DNA from: Octopus sinensis
Taxonomy: Eukaryota
Reading direction: 5' to 3'
Length of the DNA stretch: 22,373 nucleotides
Assembly: GCF_006345805.1 (NCBI RefSeq)
Contig: NW_021836964.1
Span: 1 to 22,373, forward strand
The notes below the pieces were generated by a model that was not told the DNA's origin, ran no database searches, and saw only the letters and a program-made list of their open reading frames with translations. Shown in pieces: positions 11,041 to 21,069 of this stretch. Every line of letters begins with the position of its first letter. The stretch's first letter is position 1. The position numbers and the translations under genes were made by a program.

Positions 11041-11220
11041 CACGAGGGGTTCCGGAAAGGTCTTGGTTTTGGTTAATGGAAGATACAGGTGGACCAGTTA
11101 AAATATGATTTTATTCAAAATATTCCCCTCTCGTTATTCACGCGCATATTGCAGGTTGGGCCTCCAACCAAGCCTTTCACGAGATCCTTAAAGCCAAGAA
11201 CTTTTCAGCACCCCTTCGTG
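11041..11220 (-). mobile_element. Mariner-derived MITE, internally deleted
   Basis: Imperfect ~30-bp TIRs CACGAGGGGTTCCGGAAAGGTCTTGGTTTT / AAAGCCAAGAACTTTTCAGCACCCCTTCGTG, with TA at the left flank. Confidence 0.8.
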
Positions 11221-11254
11221 TGTGTGTGTGTATATATATATATATATGTATGTA

Positions 11255-11732
11255 TATAATAACAAAGAGTAAAATTAATTAATTAAGAAGTAATCAATAA
11301 TTTCACCAAGTAGAATTCGGCATGAAAAAAGGACCATTTCATGGTAAACTTAAGTAATACTTAATAAATAGGGTTCAGCAAAGATTTGCTTTACCACATA
11401 CCGAAGTTTAGAAATAGCAGCCAAAAAACGTTAGCTATTTCTTCTATTTTAAAAAGGGGCTCCCAGAAAAACCAAAATACTTGAAAACATTTTTATTGTT
11501 TTCAAGTATTTTGGTTTTTCTGGGAGTCCCTTTTTTAAAGTAGAAGAAATAGCTAACGTTTTTTGGCTGCTGTTTCTAAACTTCGGTATGTGGTAAAGCA
11601 AATCTTTGCTGAACTTTAACTATTAAGTATTACTTAAATTTACCATGAAATGGTCCTTTTTTCATGCCGAATTCTACTTGGTGAAGTTATTGATTACTTC
11701 TTAATTAATTAATTTTACCCTTTGTTATTATA
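11255..11732. repeat. Near-perfect 478-bp palindrome (arms ~235 bp, 7-nt loop 11490-11496) within (TA)n
   Basis: Arms align end to end with about 11 differences by eye. Confidence 0.95.
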
Positions 11733-11754
11733 CATATATATATATATATATATA

Positions 11755-11786
<32 letters not shown>

Positions 11787-12166
11787 CTCGGCCAGGCAGG
11801 CGCAAAGTCGGAGGGCAAAAAAGCGCTACAAGGATAGTCTCAAGGTCTCTCTCAAAGACTTCTCCATCGGACCGAGCTGGGAGACACTTGCTGCCAACCG
11901 CTCATCCTGGCGCAGCGCATCACCGTTGGAGCAGGGACAGCCGAGGAGGGACGGATTCGGTCAGCGGGAGCAGAAACGTCAGATGCGTAAAGTCAGAGTC
12001 GTGCCCGCAACCAGTAGCACTGCCCCTACCCACTTCTGCCCCACCTGTGGGAGGGGCTTCCTTGCCCGGATTGGCCTCACACAGCCACCTCCGGTCTCAT
12101 GGCGGCAGTTCCATCAGATGATGTCAGTTGGTCATCTTCGAACCGAAGGACGAACATTATTATTAT
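11787..12166 (+). mobile_element. 5'-truncated RTE-clade LINE 3' end with C2H2 zinc finger, frameshifted
   Basis: Across frameshifts: GRRKVGGQK/KRYKDSLKVSLKDFSIGPSWETLAANRSSWRSA/.../EQKRQMRK...HFCPTCGRGFLARIGLT/SHLRSHG. 3' UTR GGTCATCTTCGAACCGAAGGACGAAC plus an (ATT)n tail. Confidence 0.92.
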
Positions 12167-12358
12167 ATATATATATATATATATTGTTATTATTATTATT
12201 GTTGTTGTTGATATATATATATATATATATGTATTTATATTTACATATATTTATATCTATACATATAGATATGCGCGTATGTGTATATGTGTGCGCATAT
12301 TTGTTTACTCTGTGTACATGGGTATGTGTGTGTGTGTGTGTGTGTGTGTGGAAAGAAT

Positions 12359-12392
<34 letters not shown>

Positions 12393-12475
12393 GGGGGGAT
12401 GAGTGAGAGAAGCAGGGAAAGAAAATTTTTGAATCTATGAAGGAGATCGGCGCAAAAGTGTCGAGGAAATTCAAG

Positions 12476-13630
12476 TACACACACCCACACACATCCCTAT
12501 GCACACGCACACACAAACCTACACACACACATACCTACATACATATACACTTACACACGCACTCACAAACCTACACATATACACACACACATACACACAC
12601 TCACAAACATGCGTACATACACACAAACACATACACACACACAAACCTACACACGCACAAACCTACACGCACACACATACACACACACAAACCTACACAC
12701 ACACACATACACACACACTCACAAATCTACATACATACACACACACATACAGACAAACCTACACACGCATACACATACAAACCTACACACGCATACACAC
12801 ACAATCCTACACACACACACAAACCTACACACACATATACACACAAACCTACACACACACACATACACACACTCACAAACCTACATACACACACACACAC
12901 ACACACAAACCTACACACACATACACACACAATCCTACACACACACACACACTCACAAACCAACATACACACACACACAAACCTACACACACATACACAC
13001 ACAATCCTACGCACACACTCACAAACCTACATACATACACACACAAACCTACACACACATACACGTACAAACCTACACACACATACACACACAATCCTAC
13101 ACACATACACAAATTCACACACACTCATAAACCTACATACATACACACACAAACCTACACACATATACACACAAACCTACACACACACACACTCACAAAC
13201 TTACACACACACTCACAAACCTACACACACAAACCTACACACACACATACACACACACTCACAAACCTACACACACATGCACATACAACCCTACACAAAC
13301 ACACGCATACACACACACTCATAAACCTACATACATACACACACAAACCTACACACACATACACACACAAACCTACACACACAATCCTACACGCACACAC
13401 ACACACATACACACACACACATACACACACACTCACAAACCTACATACACACACACAAACCTACACACACATACACACACAAACCTACACACACATACAC
13501 ACACAATCCTACACGCACACACACACACATACACACACACTCACAAACCTACATACACACACACAAACCTACACACACATACACACACTATCACAAACCT
13601 ACACACACACACACGCGCGCGCGCGCGCGC
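12476..13630. repeat. CA-rich minisatellite punctuated by AAACCTAC/AATCCTAC, ending in (CG)8
   Basis: About 30 AAACCTAC and about 6 AATCCTAC motifs separated by variable (CA)n. Confidence 0.93.
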
Positions 13631-13780
13631 ATACACAAGGCTATGAACAACGAAACCGATGGCTGCATCCGGATGTATTTAACAACGAGTGGGTTCTCGT
13701 CTTCATCCGTGGGTGTGAAGTGCTAATCTGCAAATGCGATGGGGACGAATAACTACGCGGATTCTTTGCATCTCTATACC

Positions 13781-13797
13781 TACGTACGTACGTACGT

Positions 13798-13856
<59 letters not shown>
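13781..13856. repeat. (TACG)n(TG)n microsatellite
   Basis: Direct reading. Confidence 0.97.
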
Positions 13857-13860
<4 letters not shown>

Positions 13861-13993
13861 TGCGTATAGAAAGCATCTTCTACGCAATTTCTTGTATACA
13901 CTTACCGAGTACTTCAATATTTTCGCACGTAAAACTGTAAATAGATTCAACAACACATGCGCGTACCGACGTGCACAAACATCTCGATGGAGA

Positions 13994-14012
13994 GACAGAC
14001 AAACAGACAGAC

Positions 14013-14090
<78 letters not shown>
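13994..14090. repeat. (GACA)n(GATA)n microsatellite
   Basis: Direct reading. Confidence 0.97.
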
Positions 14091-14187
14091 CATGATGAGT
14101 TGCAATAGAGGGAGATAGAAATATAGAAAGTTATAGACGCATATGACTAACTCCTCTGTCGATTTTAGTTGTTCCCTACACACGACA

Positions 14188-14215
14188 ATGTATATATATA
14201 TATATAATATATATA

Positions 14216-14259
<44 letters not shown>

Positions 14260-14502
14260 TGTGTGTGTGTGTATGTGTGCGTGTGTGTGTGTCCACATAC
14301 ATATATATACATATATATATGTATATATATATACACACACATATATATATATATATATACACACAAACATGCATATACATATATATATATATACACACAT
14401 TATATATACAATATAAACACACATACAATATACATATATACACACACATATATATATATATAGACATTATAGTATGTCTATCGTTTTTTAACAATTATGA
14501 GA

Positions 14503-14535
<33 letters not shown>

Positions 14536-14551
14536 TATATATATATATATA
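14188..14551. repeat. Compound (TA)/(TG)/(CA) microsatellite
   Basis: Direct reading. Confidence 0.92.
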
Positions 14552-14792
14552 TACAAGATAAGAAAATGGAGAAAACACATCTAAATCAAATATCAATTAC
14601 CAGATAATACTCAATCACATACTTTATTAACACCACTAAGAGACTGTAGGGTTAAACATAAAAAGCAGAACAAATCAGGTACATAAAGGAATGTACATAA
14701 AAAAGTGTACATAAAAGAGTAATGTTTGTGTAATAAGTAAAATATATATAAAAGAGAATATAAATACAAGTAAATATGAATATATCTCAATT

Positions 14793-14796
<4 letters not shown>
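14552..14796. mobile_element. (TA)n-embedded element, copy 1; termini shared with 21374-21522
   Basis: First ~63 bp and last 14 bp (TATCTCAATTTGTA) nearly identical to copy 2. Confidence 0.7.
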
Positions 14797-14833
<37 letters not shown>

Positions 14834-14923
14834 ATATGTAAACATTGTGTTTTACATACATAAGTACCAGTAATTTCTAGAATAGAAAAAGAAGGACAGT
14901 TTCTTACAGCTTATATATATATA

Positions 14924-15042
14924 GGCCTTTCGGTGTCGATAAAATAATTACCGGTTGAGCACAGGGGTCGATGTAATCGACTTATTCAACCCCCCACCCA
15001 CCACCCGAAATTGCTGGCCTTGTACGAAACTTTGAAACCAAT
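14924..15042 (+). mobile_element. SINE family C 3' fragment
   Basis: CCTTTCGGTGTCGATAAAATAATTACC...GGGGTCGATGTAATCGACTTA matches the reverse complement of 17405-17463. Confidence 0.78.
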
Positions 15043-15043
15043 A

Positions 15044-15408
15044 AACGAGGGAATTGTTGCTGGCTTTGGGTTAAAAAAAAAACACAGGAGAATCGTTTAA
15101 ATATGATTTTATTGAACATTTTCCACTCTCAGATGCACACACTTATTACAGTGGCCCTTTAGTTTTCCTAAGCCCTAAAACAGAACTCGGATGGGTGGGC
15201 CTCCGGCCAAACATTTCGCGAAACCCTTGTTTAAATTATTTGACCGCGGCCATGTCGGAGCACCGCCTTGAAGGGTTTTAGTCGAACAAATCAACCCCAG
15301 GACTTATCCTTTCTCAAGCCAAATACTTATTTTAATGGTCTCTTTGCCGAACTGCTAAATTACAGGGACGTAAACTCACTAACACCGGTTATTAAGCGTC
15401 CCTTCGTG
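15044..15408 (-). mobile_element. Mariner-derived MITE interrupted by a SINE-tail segment (15226-15398)
   Basis: TA-AACGAGGG left end, CCCTTCGTG-TA right end, body homologous to 9044-9232 and 11041-11220. Confidence 0.75.
15226..15398 (-). repeat. Inverted local duplicate of SINE segment 16900-17071
   Basis: About 6 differences over ~172 bp; shares variants not seen in the other family A copies. Confidence 0.9.
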
Positions 15409-15629
15409 TATATTCTATGGCTTCCTATTAAGAATACATCAACACCGATTCTACTTTAATTTGTTAATGTCCTCCGGGATCGAACCCTTTTCTTTAAACA
15501 ACAAGACTACATTGTTCGTATCGTGTCCTCCATAAATGGGATATTTTTATTTTCTATTTTTATTTTTATACTTGCTTTACTATCTTTAATGTGGCCAGTT
15601 TTTACCGTTCAACCAGGATATATACATCC

Positions 15630-16265
15630 GTGCAGGCGTGGCTGTGAGGTAAGAGGCTTTCTTCCCAACCACATAGTTCCGGGTTCAGTCCCACATTGGG
15701 CACGTGTCTTCTACCATAGCCTCAGACCGACCAAAGCCTTGTGAGTGGATTTGGTTGGCAGAAACAGAAAGAAGGCCGTCGTATCTCTAATGATAAAAGG
15801 CAGATTTTCTCTGCCTCCCAAACCGTTCGTTTTTTATACAATTGTACAATATAGAATTTCTTCAATTGGAATTTACCTACGATGTTTACAAGTAGATTCG
15901 ATTGGGTCATGGCATATAAAGTTTTTTCAATTTGACCCCCAATTAAGCAAAAATTCGAGAAAAGTAAATATTTTACGATTTGCCTCTCTAATTTCAACTG
16001 CTTCACTCATGCTATTACCATAATTACTCCTACTTTCTCTTTGCAAGTGTATGTATATATTTATGTGCATGTGTGTGTGTGTGTGTGGTGTGTGTATCTT
16101 TGTGTTCGTGTGCATTCCCAACAACAACTCACAACAGGTGTTGGTTCGTTTGCGTCTCCGTAACTTAGCGGTTCGGCACAAGAAGCCGATAGGATAAGTA
16201 CCGCGCTTAAAAATAGGTTCTGGGGCCGATTCTTTCTACTAAACCTTTCAAGGCGGTGCCCAAGT
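15630..16265 (+). mobile_element. SINE family A, diverged, split by the insert at 15784-16047
   Basis: Head with GGGTTCAGTCCC B-box to GAAGGCCGTCGTA; body resumes at ~16048 with CGTAACTTAGCGGTTCGGC and TTCAAGGCGGTGCCC. Confidence 0.88.
15784..16047 (+). mobile_element. Possible Helitron-like non-autonomous insert
   Basis: Begins A|TCTCTAATGATAAAAG and ends CAAG|T with no TSD; lacks a clear 3' hairpin or CTAG. Confidence 0.35.
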
Positions 16266-16356
16266 AAAAACTACCCACATTAAAGATAGTAAAACAAGTA
16301 TTAAAAAAAATGAAAAATAATAATATCCGATTTATGAACGACACGACAAGAACAAT

Positions 16357-16463
16357 GTGTATGTATGTATGTATGTATGTATGTATGTATGTATGTATGT
16401 ATGTATGTATGTATGTATGTATGTGTGTGTGTATGTGTGTGTGCGTATATATATATATATATA
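16357..16463. repeat. (TATG)n(TG)n(TA)n microsatellite
   Basis: Direct reading. Confidence 0.97.
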
Positions 16464-16860
16464 CTAGCAGTATCGCCCGTCGTTGCTCGGGTTTGTAAGG
16501 GAAATATCTATATAAGCATTTTTAGAGATGTAAAGTATAATAGCCATCTCAATATGGCTAACCACAAAGGGGGTGGTGTCACTATAGCTTTTTACGTTCT
16601 GAGATTTAGTAATAAATTTTTAGAGAGTTACTTCCCTTATATATGCCAAACATGCATTAAAAATGGGAAAAATTGATGGTAATTTTTTTTTTAAATCGTA
16701 GACTCATCGTAGACGCATGCTAATACCCAGAAGGGCTTGATATGAATCACGACTATAAGATACCCGGTTTTGGTTAAACTGCACCGCAAAATGTGGGAGT
16801 AGTTAGAAATCTAAATCGTAGGAGACAGACAGCACACAACCTCACTTTTATATATAAAGA
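16464..16860 (-). mobile_element. Non-autonomous Helitron
   Basis: Minus strand starts TC (16860), ends CTAG (16464), has GC hairpin CCCGAGCAACGACGGG 8 nt before CTAG, and sits between A and T with no TSD. Confidence 0.88.
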
Positions 16861-16861
16861 T

Positions 16862-17080
16862 ATATATATGCGTGTGCGTCTGTGTTTGTGTTTGTTGCCC
16901 GCTTAATAACCGGTGTTAGTGAGTTTACGTCCCCGTAATTTAGTAGTTCGGCAAAGAGACCAATAAAATAAGTATTTGGCTTGAGAAAGGATAAGTCCTG
17001 GGGTTGATTTGTTCGACTAAAACCCTTCAAGCGGTGCTTCGACATGGCCGCGGTCAAATAATTGAAACAAGTAAAAGAAT
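16862..17080 (+). mobile_element. SINE family A 3' half
   Basis: GTTTACGTCCCCGTAA...CATGGCCGCGGTCAAATAATTGAAACAAGTAAAAGAAT. Confidence 0.88.
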
Positions 17081-17199
17081 ACACACACACACACACCACA
17101 CACACACCACACACACAATACATGCACATACACACACGAAAGAGACATATATATACATATATATAGTTTGACTGCTCCAAGGTTTTAACTCTGACAGGG

Positions 17200-17552
17200 C
17201 TCAAAATTTTGGGGAGGGGTCCAGTCGATTAGACTTATCCCAGTACGAAACTGGTACTTCATTCATCGGCCCCGAAAGGATGACAGGCAAAGTCGACCTC
17301 GGTGGAATTTGAAGTCGGGACGTAAAGATAGTCGAAATACCTATTTCTTTATTACCCACAAGGGGCTACAAACAGAGGGGACAAACAAGGACAGACAAAC
17401 GGATTAAGTCAACTACATCGACCCCAGTATGTAACTGGTACTTATTTAATCGACCCCGAAAGGATGAAAGGCAAAGTCGACCTCGGCGGAATTTGAACTC
17501 AGAACGTAACGGCAGACGAAATACCGCTAAGCATTTCGCCCGGCGTGCTAAC
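17200..17552 (-). mobile_element. Two nested or tandem SINE family C copies (Nin/Deu-like domain)
   Basis: Minus strand B-box-like GAGTTCAAATTCC and CGACTTTGCCTTTCATCCTTTCGGGG occur twice (17220-17341, 17342-17552). Confidence 0.88.
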
Positions 17553-17639
17553 TTAACGCTTACATTCATCAACCCATTGTCCCGTAACATAATTAAGCTG
17601 TGTAAATCGAAGACTTTAAACCTTATTAGTGGTTTTTGT

Positions 17640-17785
17640 GTTCTATCTAGTCTATTCAACAGTTCCTATGTGGTGGCGTTGTCTATGCTTGCCCAGCTGA
17701 AGGGTTTGCCATTCGCTGATTCTTACAATCGTCTTATGTCCCAATTCTGATCTTCTACGGAAACCAGTGTAACCTCCGATCTAAT
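17640..17785 (-). pseudogene. Decayed Penelope-like GIY-YIG endonuclease C-terminal fragment
   Basis: Reads IRSEVTLVSVEDQNWDIRRL*ESANGKPFSWASIDNATT*ELLNR, resembling EVxIxxxExxWxxRxLKEAxxI of PLE endonucleases; both stops are one substitution from K and W. Confidence 0.55.
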
Positions 17786-18124
17786 AAGGTAGGTAGGAGC
17801 ACTCCGTCGGTTACGACGACGAGGGTCCCAGCTGATACGATCAACGGAACAGCTTGCTCGTGGAATTAACGTGCAAGTGGCTGAGCAATCCACAGACACG
17901 AGTACCCTTAACGTAGTTCTCAGGGAGATTCAGCGTGACACAGAGTGTGACAAGGCCGGCCCTTTGAAATACAGGTACAACTCATTTTTGCCAGCTGAGT
18001 GGACTGGAGCAACGTGAAATAAAGTGTCTTGCTCAAGGACACAACGCATCGCCGGGAATCGAACTCACGACCTTACAATCGTCAGCCGAACGCCCTAACC
18101 ACTAAGCCATGCGCTTTCACTCTA
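17786..18124 (-). mobile_element. tRNA-derived SINE family B (CORE/Meta-like central domain) with 9-bp TSD
   Basis: A-box TGGCTTAGTGG, B-box GAGTTCGATTCCC, GTGTCCTTGAGCAAGACACTT, (CCTA)n tail; TSD CGATCTAAT at 17777-17785 and 18125-18133. Confidence 0.93.
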
Positions 18125-18133
18125 CGATCTAAT

Positions 18134-18245
18134 TCCGCTACAAGAAGAGACGTGAATTCCCAAACACAAGACGCCAACTCAACCGGGCCCTCAGTGAAGA
18201 TCTGCTCCAATCTGTTTGGGAATTCACGTCTCTTCTTGTAGCGGA
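18134..18245. repeat. Perfect 33-bp inverted repeat (18134-18166 / 18213-18245), 46-bp spacer
   Basis: TCCGCTACAAGAAGAGACGTGAATTCCCAAACA and its exact reverse complement. Confidence 0.97.
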
Positions 18246-18259
18246 TACATATATATGTA

Positions 18260-18770
18260 TGTATGTGTGTGTGTGTGTGTGTCTGAGTGAGTGTGTGAAT
18301 GTATAGTGCTTATATATGTGTGTGTGTGCGTGCGTATGTGTGTGTCTGAGTGAGTATGAATATGTCGTGGTTATATGTGTGTGTGTGTGTCTGAGTGAGT
18401 GTGTGAATATGTAGTGGATATATGTGTGTGTGTGTGTGTGTGTCTGAGTGAGTGTGTGAATATGTAGTGGTTATATGTGTGTGTGTGTGTCTGAGTGAGT
18501 GTGTGTGTGTCTGAGTGAGTGTGTGAATATGTAGTGGATATATGTGTGTGTGTGTGTCTGAGTGAGTGTGTGAATATGTAGTGGATATATGTGTGTGTGT
18601 GTGTCTGAGTGAGTGTGTGAATATGTAGTGGATATATGTGTGTGTATGTGTCTGTCTGATTGAGTGTGTAAATGTTTTGTGCTTATATGTGTGTGTGTAT
18701 GTGGGTGTGTGTATACCTGAGTGAGTGTGTAAATGTGTAGTGCATATATATGTGTGTGTGTGTGTGTGAA
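18260..18770. repeat. GT-rich minisatellite, about 10 units, core period 47 bp
   Basis: CTGAGTGAGT at 18283, 18346, 18391, 18444, 18491, 18511, 18558, 18605, 18717; variant at 18656. Confidence 0.93.
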
Positions 18771-19223
18771 TGTCTGTGTATGTGCATGTGTGTGTGTGTG
18801 TGTCTTTTGTGTGTGTTTGTGTCCTTGTGTGTGTACGTCTGTATGTGTGTCTGTGTTATACTAACGACACCATTATACTCAACTTAAAATCTATTTTATT
18901 AAATATTTTCCTCCTTTTCTTATCACAGATTCATGTTCATTCTGGAACAATGGCGCTCCTAAATATATTAGTCTGGTGTGTGTGTGTGTGAGAGAGAAGA
19001 GAGAGAGAGAGAGAGATAAACAGACAGAAAGAGAGAGACAGACAGACAGGCAGAGGCAGAGACGGAGAGAGGGAGGGATGAAATGTGCGCTGGTTGTTGT
19101 AACAGAATTGAGTTGAATAATGTTTAAAATAATCCAATACGACAAGCATAGTTATAGATATATGTGTTCTGTCTGTCCTGCGAGAGCAGAAGTACGTCTG
19201 GCGAATTCCCAGGAGAAGAAAGG

Positions 19224-19304
19224 GTATATATATATGTGTGTGTGTGTTATATATATATATATATATATACACTTATATATATATATATATATATAGATAT
19301 ATAT

Positions 19305-19351
<47 letters not shown>

Positions 19352-19630
19352 TATGATATATATATATATATATGTATGTGTATATATATATATATATATA
19401 TAAATGCATAGATAGATAGCGAGAGACACACAACAGACAGAGAGACAGAGATGTTTATGTATGTATATATAAGTATATATGTATGTACCTATGTTTCTAT
19501 GTATCTATGTATATGTACATATGTAAATACATGTATGTGTATGCGTGTATGTAGGTATTAGTACGTATGTTATAAATATATGTATGTATTTATGTATGAA
19601 TGTATGTATTTATGCATGTATGTATGTATA
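19224..19630. repeat. Compound (TA)/(TATG) low-complexity tract
   Basis: Direct reading. Confidence 0.9.
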
Positions 19631-19999
19631 ATGTAATTAAGAGGACGATAAATGAATTTAGCAGATCTTTTTTAATTAGTAACAATTGTTTCAGTATCTC
19701 ACCGTTTTTAACGCACGTAAAAGATTTAATGCCGGAAGTTATGAATCATATCAAACTGGCATTAAGAGCTGGTCTCATGCATTGAGCCATACATATGCAT
19801 ATACCTATATTGATATATATATATATATATATATAGTGTAATAAATAAAATTTTATTTATTACACTATTGTTTGACAGCGCACTCGCGTCGATTCGATTC
19901 GATTCGATTCGTCGTTTCGTTCCGTTCTTCTTCTTCTCCAAGTACTGTTTTATATATATATCAGAGGAGAGAGAGAGAGGCGTGTATACATATATATAT

Positions 20000-20064
<65 letters not shown>

Positions 20065-20263
20065 TGATGTAGGATAAAATTTTTTCGGGAAAAAAATTTC
20101 GTCAATGACCAGCATATCAAAAAATACCTTTAAAGGTTAAATTTATAAATAATTTACAATATAAGGCAAAAAAAAATTCTAATGCCAAATATGCCGAAAA
20201 AAGACAAATTGTCAATTAACCATTATAATTTATGCGTCTCGAAACAAACCGATAGAAATTTCT

Positions 20264-20300
<37 letters not shown>

Positions 20301-20306
<6 letters not shown>

Positions 20307-20773
20307 TTGTTATTATGCAAAAGTGACGGAAGTCCAAAACGTTGCTTTTCCAGAAAACGAAAGAATAGTTTCACCATTCCGTAGAAAAACCGTTGTACTA
20401 CACTTGGACAATTTTTGATGTCTTGGCATCTGAAGCATCTGGAGATACGATAGTTTGACCAAAAGAACCTGCTATTGCAAGCAAAAATGGATAGTAAAAA
20501 ACACCGCATTTGGCCAAATTTGGTCATAATACAACTTAACATAATAGCAACGGTACGTATGTATGTAAAAACTTAGATAAAAAAAACTTAGATATATTTC
20601 GACCAAAGATTGGTCCAGGCCATGTCTAACCTAATAGCACCACCTGATAGCAGCTGGAGGTACGATAGTTTGACCAAAAGAACTGATTATTGCAAGCAAA
20701 AATGAATAATGAAAAAAGAAACGCATTTGGTCAAATTTGGACATACAACAGTTTAACATAATAGCAACGATAT
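20301..20773. mobile_element. MITE-like element with 17-bp TIRs and a duplicated right end
   Basis: ATATCGTTGTTATTATG (20301-20317) vs CATAATAGCAACGATAT (20757-20773), 1 mismatch; ~125-bp direct repeat 20430-20552 / 20644-20769. Confidence 0.65.
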
Positions 20774-20774
20774 T

Positions 20775-20809
<35 letters not shown>

Positions 20810-20815
<6 letters not shown>

Positions 20816-21069
20816 ATATAAAAATAACAGATGGATTGTAGTTTACTACAGCTGTTTCAGACGTGTTTTATTTTTGATGGTTAAAAATGTTGTCTTCAGG
20901 AGAATACATATAAAAATCAAACAATTTGAACATCTCAGTAACAAGTCAAAAATGCTATTTTGACTCTAGCGACCAAAATTCGGTCATTTCTGCCCATCAA
21001 TAAAAACACCTCGTCTGAAACAGCTGTAGTGAACCACAACCAATCCGTTGTTATTTATTTATCATTCAC
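20810..21069. mobile_element. Foldback element with ~80-bp imperfect arms carrying hammerhead-like GAAACAGCTGTA
   Basis: Arms 20810-20889 / 20985-21069; motif at 20847-20858 (-) and 21017-21028 (+). Confidence 0.7.

Noticed and set aside
11636-11690. Hammerhead ghost in the palindrome arm (TTACC-ATGAAAT...GAAT...GGTGAA)
   Set aside because: The geometry is suggestive but too many invariant core positions are wrong.
12476-13610. CRISPR-like or telomeric array
   Set aside because: Linkers are (CA)n rather than unique spacers, there are no cas genes, and the motif is not tandem TTAGGG.
12437-13752. 295-aa and 417-aa H/T/Y ORFs
   Set aside because: Translations of the CA-rich minisatellite.
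13631-13780. Possible minus-strand exon after a TTTGCAG acceptor
   Set aside because: No convincing donor site or recognisable peptide.
18040-18120. tRNA gene
   Set aside because: The A/B boxes continue into a SINE body with tail and TSD; it is a SINE head.
18134-18245. Pre-miRNA or terminator hairpin
   Set aside because: A perfect stem with a 46-nt loop is better explained as an inversion junction of a retroelement relic.
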